Part shown: positions 56,145 to 64,000 of the stretch, piece by piece
Layout of the letters: the number at the start of each line of letters is the position of its first letter
How positions within the stretch are numbered: the stretch's first letter is position 1
Assembly: GCF_009914755.1 (NCBI RefSeq)
Contig: NC_060931.1
Length of the DNA: 64,000 nt
Reading direction: 5' to 3' (one strand)
Source: the human T2T-CHM13v2.0 reference genome, Homo sapiens
Notes under the pieces: generated by a model
Database searches by the model: none
The model's input: only the letters and a program-made list of their open reading frames with translations
Told to the model about the DNA's origin: nothing
Program-made: the position numbers and the translations under genes

Positions 56145-56325
56145 CTGGTCACTTTCGATGATGGCACGTGCCCACTCGTGGGCTTTGTACAGCTCATGCC
56201 GGCGGTCTGGTTTCTCCTGGAACCGAGGCTCCTTTTTGGCAGGGTCGTCATCCCCAAAACAGGGAGACTGTGTTTTGGGGACAAGTTTTACGTCATCAAC
56301 AAAGATGAAAGGCTTGAATATGGAC
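56145..56325 (-). CDS. SCRN1: Secernin-1 penultimate coding exon: (R)SIFKPFIFVDDVKLVPKTQSPCFGDDDPAKKEPRFQEKPDRRHELYKAHEWARAIIESDQ
   Basis: Minus-strand ctccttcctctccag acceptor and CAG|GTGAGC donor; 181 nt, in frame with the last exon; secernin SIFKPF motif (ORF 56055..56534). No further SCRN1 exon was recognised within the window. Confidence 0.95.
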
Positions 56326-57039
56326 CTGGAGAGGAAGGAGAGGCACTTCAGCCAGGCAGAGGCTGGGACCCGGGAACACCCAGAGACTGTCCTTTTATTC
56401 AGCAAACATTTCCCAAGCCAACTTATGGTGGGTGGTGGGTGTGGGTGACGGGTGGGTGGGTGAGTGCCAAGAGAGACATAACTGCATGTTTTAGTCGCTA
56501 TTTTAGCAAAACTGCAGCCATTTACAAGCTGCAAATTCCTCTACTTACAGCAAAGAGACATCAAAACAGACTTCCTTTGTTCTGAACCATTTGAGAGGAC
56601 TCTTTTAGCAATAAAAAGTGAGGCAAACAAACAGTGTTCTGAGAAACGGTGCAAGGAGCCATCTAGCTGAGCGAGAGAGGTTTGCCTTTTTTTTTTTTAA
56701 TACCGTGGTCTGAGAAGCAGCCTTTGGGAAAGGAAGGGCCTTTTGGTTTGGGTTTGTTTTTAGTTTTTTTCTGAGGTTCTACCTTACTGAAAAATCTATG
56801 GAATATCTCTGACAGACCCAAGGAGGGGACAGAGTAAGAAAGATGACAGAAGAGGCCTTGGAGGGTGCACACCACACAGAAGTCTGGTTGTGTGAGAGAG
56901 CTAGCACAGGGCACAGCAGGTAGCTAATGCCCCCCAGCTCTCTTCAATTCAGTTCTCTCGGCAGGATGGATGTTATCTTCGGGAAAATGGCTGTGCGTAT
57001 GCCTGCATGTGTGTGTACTTGTACAAGTCTAGGATACAT

Positions 57040-57078
57040 CACCCCCCCACCCACCCACCCACACACACACACACACAC
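57040..57078. repeat. (CCCA)n/(CA)n simple repeat
   Basis: Seen directly. Confidence 0.9.
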
Positions 57079-57452
57079 AAGAGCCACGCATATAAACAGC
57101 TGTGGCCTGGGATCCCAGGCCAACGGGCTAAGGGACCACTATGGCCAACTGTAACGCCGGGGAGAGAGCCTTATCCTACCCTCCCCACATCCAGAGGAAA
57201 CACTGCTGGATCAGAGGGCTGCTCCTGGCAGGCATGGGCACCTCTGCGTCCCAAGGATTGCCTGTTTTCAGCTGTACCATGGGGCAGCACCTGCAATAAC
57301 AGCAGGAGAGAAGGAACTCCCCATATGTGCCCCATATGTATAGGTCAGATTTGTCAGATTTGGACATTTTTTTCTCCTCTCAACAGGTGCACTGTGGCCC
57401 ACCTCGGGTACCTCAAGTGGGCTAGAGGTGAGCTAGGATGTTGATTCCCTCA

Positions 57453-57842
<390 letters not shown>

Positions 57843-60800
57843 CTATTTTCAGGTATGCCATGACCTGAAAAGGACTGGGAGCCAATAACCCTTGCCAGCC
57901 AATTTTGTCCTCGGACTTGCAGCAACAGTATCGGCTGCAGAACCTCAGGCCCCACCCTGTCCTGCTGAATCAGAATCTGCAATTTTAACAAGATCCCTGC
58001 GGATTCATAACATATCCCAGTCTGAAGAGCACTACTAAAGACACAACAGTAATGAGAAGTACTCTCTTAGGTTAGCTTCCTGATGTTGCCATGGGACAGG
58101 AGTCTCAAGTGAGAAAAGAAAGACACTGATCACAATATGCAAAATTGGGGCCCAGACTAATTTAATTTGAGTATTAAAAGCAGTGAGACCTTCGTACCCC
58201 AAGCTGGTGAACTGAGTGGTACTAGTTGAGGACTAGTGTCAGGTACTCTGCTGTTCTCTATAGATGACGCAAATATAATTGGAGACTGGGCCCATCTCCG
58301 ATCCACTGGGAAGCATAAGGCATGCCAGGCTGCGCCCACCTGCTCAAAGTCAAGCCCTGCCAAGAACCTACCCTCCCTAGCCATCATCAAAAGAAGACCC
58401 CCTAAAGACATAGGGGAGCTACCCTTGCACAGAAGGAACACACACTTCCACTTCCTACAGCCCCTTGAAAATAGATGATTGCTATACCCCTCTACTGAGT
58501 GTTGAATGAATGGCTGTTGAATATGAAAAAGGAATTATTGCAAAACCTAAAACTGTTTAAACCAATTTTTACTATATGAAATTGAATTCTTTAACTGGTG
58601 AGTCAGTTGATTCTGCAAAAGGGCTGCAGATGGAGGGCTCGCTGCAATGGAGCAGTGGGGAGGAGGAGGGCCAGGAGAGAGCACGCCTAGCCATCCACAA
58701 CCAGCTGTCTCCAGGCTACCTCTGGGCTCTGACAGCAGGACTGTCTCACTACAGACAGGCGTCCTACCCTTGAGGGCCAGACAGCACTCGGGGTTTCCTG
58801 GGAAGTCAGCGCATGTCACCTCAGCAGCATCAGCCTCTTTCACTGGCACAGAAACCCTTCAGTGGTAGACAGGCCCGGGGCTCCCACCCAGCAGCCCAGA
58901 GTCAGCTCGGTTCACATCTTCTCAGCTCCAGGGCTCTGCGCTGGGCAGAACTGGGCAAAGCCAAGACTCCCACCTGGGCTGGTAGGCTTCACGGTGGAAC
59001 TGGTGCAGGCTCAACACCTGGCAGGCAAGGGAACTGCGACCACGCCCTCCTGCGGAGCCTACTGAGCAGGCCCCATGCAATGCTACTTCATTCAATCCCC
59101 ATGCCACTCCAAAGCCCACTCCAAACCCAAGTGGGAGCAGTATCTTCATCAGGAAACCTGCCATTTCACTCCTAAAACCTCAGTGCTTCCCTTACTGCGC
59201 ATCTCAGGACTCTTCTGACACAGGACCCCTTGGGAGAGCCATGCCAAGAAGTGAGGGAAGGGGACAGCCTGGCAGCACCGCTGGGCGGAGCTACCTCCCA
59301 CAGAGCAGGGCAGGGAACTGGGCTGGGACTTGGAACGGGGGTGTGAGTCCCCGCTTTGCGTCTGACCCACTGTGGGTCCATGTTTTCCCTCTCTGGCTCT
59401 CATCTGACTACAGTGATCTCAACAGTCCCTTCTAGCTTCTACAACTCGTTTATTTCTATTTCTGTCATGAAGCTTGTAAACTTGTGATGCCAGCTTCAGT
59501 AAGCTCATGCTAACCACAGTCAGGGTCTTCTGTATTCAATATAGGATAAATGCATAGTAAAAACTCAGAATGCTCTATGTGATGTAACTTTAAACCCACC
59601 CTAAGCTCACTGGAATGGAGAGGTTAATCAATGAGGGTGTCTGGTGCTTTTCTAAGAGAAGAGATACCATAAGTTTGTCCCTCTCATCTATCCATTTTAG
59701 TTTAAAAAGAATACATAATAAATATGAGGAGGTTCCCAAAATATTCTAAAGCAGCCAAAGCTCTCCAAATATTTTTTCAAAGCTTAGTATACTCAACTAA
59801 TAAAAAATATAAAGCCTAAATGTATTGAGGTGGTTAAAAGCTTTTTTGAGATTGAATAAATTATATAACTAATAAATAAGGTTATCTAAAAAATAATAAT
59901 TACATAAAATATTAACAAAAATTATTGCTGATAATAATTGCAATATTAATATTTGTTTAAACCAGGATGTGGAAATTATCTATAATTCAGGTTTCATCAT
60001 TTGTGTCTATGTACCCAGAAAAGGGGAATGGGGGTAACTCAGTGGTTCCCAAACATTTTGATTTCTTATCAATCTTTACAGAAAATCACATTTAGAATTC
60101 CAAATAGATAAGGAGATACTCTGACATTTTCCCACAGGTAAGCCACAGACGGTAGCTTCTTAAATGCTACTTGAATGAACATAAGCCCATTAACAGACAC
60201 ACCCAACTGTCTCCACCACCTACAATTAGCAGATACACCCAACCGTGTCCAGCCCACCTGACCAGGATGAGGCCCATTTCATCACATGCATGGGACGCCC
60301 CCGAGTGTCCCGTGGATGGCTTGGATGCAGAACACACCTGAGAAGGTTCCAGAAGGCTGATTCTGCCTCTGTCCTCAGGGCTGACTCTCAGACCAACCTT
60401 CAGAAAAGTCACCAAACCCTGGGTTGGGAATTTGCCCCAGTCACTCAGACTTCTGTGGTGTGGTGTGACAGGAATACAAGACGATGGGCCCAAAAGCACA
60501 AAGTGCTTCCAATGGCAAGGCACAGCCCAGCAGCCAGTTCATGAGGAGGTTCAAAGCTGGCCGAGCTACTTTAAAGGGACCTTGTGAGGGACAGTTAAAT
60601 CAATGAGACCATGAGCAACACTAAAGGAAGCCTCCCTCAGCATCCAGCTCTCACGAAGACAAATCCAAGGGCTGAGACACACAGTCCCATGACACGACGC
60701 ACAGCGTGGGCATCCAAACTCCATTGCAGAGATCTGCAGAATTTTAGCCTTGAGTGACAATTTGAGGCACAGCCAAGAAACATACTCCACTGGATATACC

Positions 60801-60984
60801 ATTACCTCATCTGTCCATTTTTCCCTCTAAAGCCTTGTGAGGGATGCAGCATGCCAATGCAAAAAAAACTATTTTCCAATCATTTGTTTTCTCATTTTGG
60901 AAGAACAGCAACATTACCATGAAAATCTCTAACATTTCATAGCACAGCATAATTCTCAAAGCATCTGCATTCAATTCTCATGGT

Positions 60985-61225
60985 ACTCTTATTCATTCAT
61001 TCATTGAGCAAATATGTGTTGAGCCCTGGCTGAGTACCAGATGCTGTTCTAGGTACTAGGGATACAGCAGTGAACAAAGAAGGGCAAACATTTCTGTCCC
61101 ATTTTACATATGAGATGACTGAGGCTCACAGAAGCTAAGTGCTTTGTCCAAAATCACATTCCTACTAAGTGGCAGATCTAGAAGTAAATTCAGATCTAAA
61201 TGCAAGGTCAGTTTTCCCCACTACC
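60985..61225. mobile_element. L2 3' end + MIR fragment
   Basis: (TTCA)n, GGATACAGCAGTGAACAA, then CCCATTTTACATATGAG..ACTGAGGCTCA. Confidence 0.7.
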
Positions 61226-61636
61226 TCTCACTCTTATATTCTTCTGTTAGTTTTTCCATACACCTTATACTGCTGCAGAAAAATAAAATACTTTTTATGC
61301 TTTAGAATTTAGAATTTAATATCACTGGCTAGCCAACAGTGTTGTCCTCAAACATGGCTCTGCTCTTACTGAAGATGCAGAAACTCTCCAAGCAACAAAC
61401 CAGGCTGCTCCTGTGACCTGGAGTTCCTGGCAAATCTACTGAGGAGAGTTAGCACAGAAAGAACAATACATAAATCCCTGTTCAGAGGAAGCTGCTCAAA
61501 TTTGAACCAATCTCAAATAAACCTGCAATACCAAGTTTCTCTCAAAAACGCAGGCGCCCCTCAGAGTGGTTCATCTATGTTTATTCCAGCTTTACTGTGA
61601 GCCACTTTAATCATAGAGTCAAAGTCACACCTGGCT

Positions 61637-61698
61637 CCCATAAACATATACACCTTTTATGTACCCACAAAAATTAAAACAAACAAAAAAAAACTTTT
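61637..61698 (+). mobile_element. Ultra-short 5'-truncated L1MA insertion
   Basis: L1 terminal TATGTACCCACAAAAATTAAAA + A-tail between 16-bp TSDs AAAGTCAyACCTGGCT. Confidence 0.85.
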
Positions 61699-62083
61699 AA
61701 AGTCATACCTGGCTGAGAGCAGAACTAATCCATGAAGGGAGTTTCCATTTTAAAGGGAAAGAGAGCCAGTACTTTTGAAGCACCGAACAGCCTTAAGGAT
61801 GGCGGCTCTGGGGGGTTTTGAAAAGTCAGATGTGTAGGACAGAGAGAGGAGACAGCTGGTGTTGGAAGAATTCAGAATGGAATTGGAGGGGTAGGCACCA
61901 TGTTGCCTAGGGCCTTCGGCTCTGTCTATCTGTGCAGGCTGTGCCCCACGTGGCTCCAAAGGCTGCATGAGTCATGCTGACCAAGGCTCATGATGTTTGC
62001 TCCAGTAACAAAAAGCTGTTTCTGACATTTGAATTATCTAGATGGTAATATCTTGCCCAAGCCAATTTAACTTCTCAAGATTA

Positions 62084-62879
<796 letters not shown>

Positions 62880-62920
62880 TGAGTATTTATTTGTGTATTT
62901 TCCTGCATGTGGGGACCTCT

Positions 62921-63105
62921 CAGTGGTTTACTGGTCTAACAACTATATCTCTGAAAAAAATAGCTCAGTTTTATGGCATTTGCCAATTTCTGTAGTGTAA
63001 ATACCCCCACTGTGGCCCATTTCAAGGGGCCAATGACATCACCAAATGTGGAGTTGGGAAGAGAGGCTCTCTTCACAATCAGCTTTCCGTGGCTCCAGCA
63101 CACTG
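62921..63105 (-). mobile_element. MER63-like hAT element
   Basis: GTGTAAATACCCCCAC...GGAGTTGGGAAGAGA...CTCCAGCACAC resembles the MER63 consensus. Confidence 0.6.
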
Positions 63106-64000
63106 TAAGACTCCGAATTTTACACTCTCACAATGCTAAGGTACCTCTCTACTCCTCCCCTCTCCAATTCTTCACATCAATGAAGCTTTAACAAGTGCTG
63201 GCTTCCTAGGAAATGGTTTCCAAAAGTCAGAACCAGTATACTAAAGCCAATCAGTGTCACTCTTTGAATGACTGTGGCACACATGTTGATGTGATGGAAT
63301 TTGCCTTCTCAATATAATTAAGTGAAGAACTTCTGCATCTCCCTCAGGCATTCAAACTCTGACTTTAGCATCTCCTTCCACTTCTCAACCTTACATACTA
63401 CCTAGCACATAGTAGGAGGAGGGAGGGAGGGAGTGGAAAAGAGGATGTGAGCGCAAGTTATTTCAAGGACAAGATCTATAATTAATACAGTGAGAAAAGG
63501 ACAGACAAGTGTCCAGGCAGGCAGAACAACGGTAAGATCACGTTTTTTGGTTTTAACATTAACTGGGAGGGATAAAGACTAAAGTGCTGTTCTTTTCCAA
63601 GTCTGCTACTATGAAACAATTTCTAACATTTTTAGCATTAACAGAAGCCAAAATCTCCCTAACTTTCTTGCCTAAAAACCTAACAAAAGGTAATTATGTT
63701 TCTTGCTGACAAAAGACAGTAAGTCGAGCAAGCACAATTACAGAGAAACAACTGAAATGTTGAATAGAAAGAATAACAACCTATGAAAGTTCTACAGTCA
63801 TGGTAGGAAATGCAGCTCTTTTACCATGGAAGATAACAACGAATGTCTTCCAGAAGGGTCTTAATCTTCTATAATACAAGGTTTTTAAAATTAATTTAAC
63901 CATGAATAATTTTCTTTTAAAAGTACTTAAAATTTTTTATTTTAACTATCAGAAGGCTATTGCCCAGCCATTTTTATAACTGGATTAGGCCATGTCCTTC

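Overview
This is human (primate) genomic DNA, dense in Alu/L1/L2/MIR/MaLR/DNA-transposon relics, containing the 3' ends of two convergent genes. On the + strand are seven coding exons of WIPF3 (CR16, WIP/verprolin family): the WH2 exon 5612-5744 through the terminal exon, with stop at 44211-44213 and a 3'UTR to about 46760. On the - strand are the last two exons of SCRN1 (secernin-1), with a ~3.85 kb 3'UTR ending near 49800. Gene and repeat names come from recognising the sequences, not from a search, and exon numbers are conventional. I see no evidence of a new multi-gene system. The most notable sequence-level observations are: (1) a sense-oriented U13/SNORD13 retrocopy with intact C/D boxes, nested in a full-length ancient L1 in the last WIPF3 intron; (2) a recursive-splice-type AG|GTAAG acceptor on the WH2 exon; (3) a latent alternative 7-aa C-terminus ending in a PDZ-like S-C-L; (4) a 22 x 32-bp GC-rich VNTR of splice-site/E-box units just downstream of the N-WASP-binding exon; (5) a ~150-bp inverted templated duplication, one arm of which is interrupted by an Alu.
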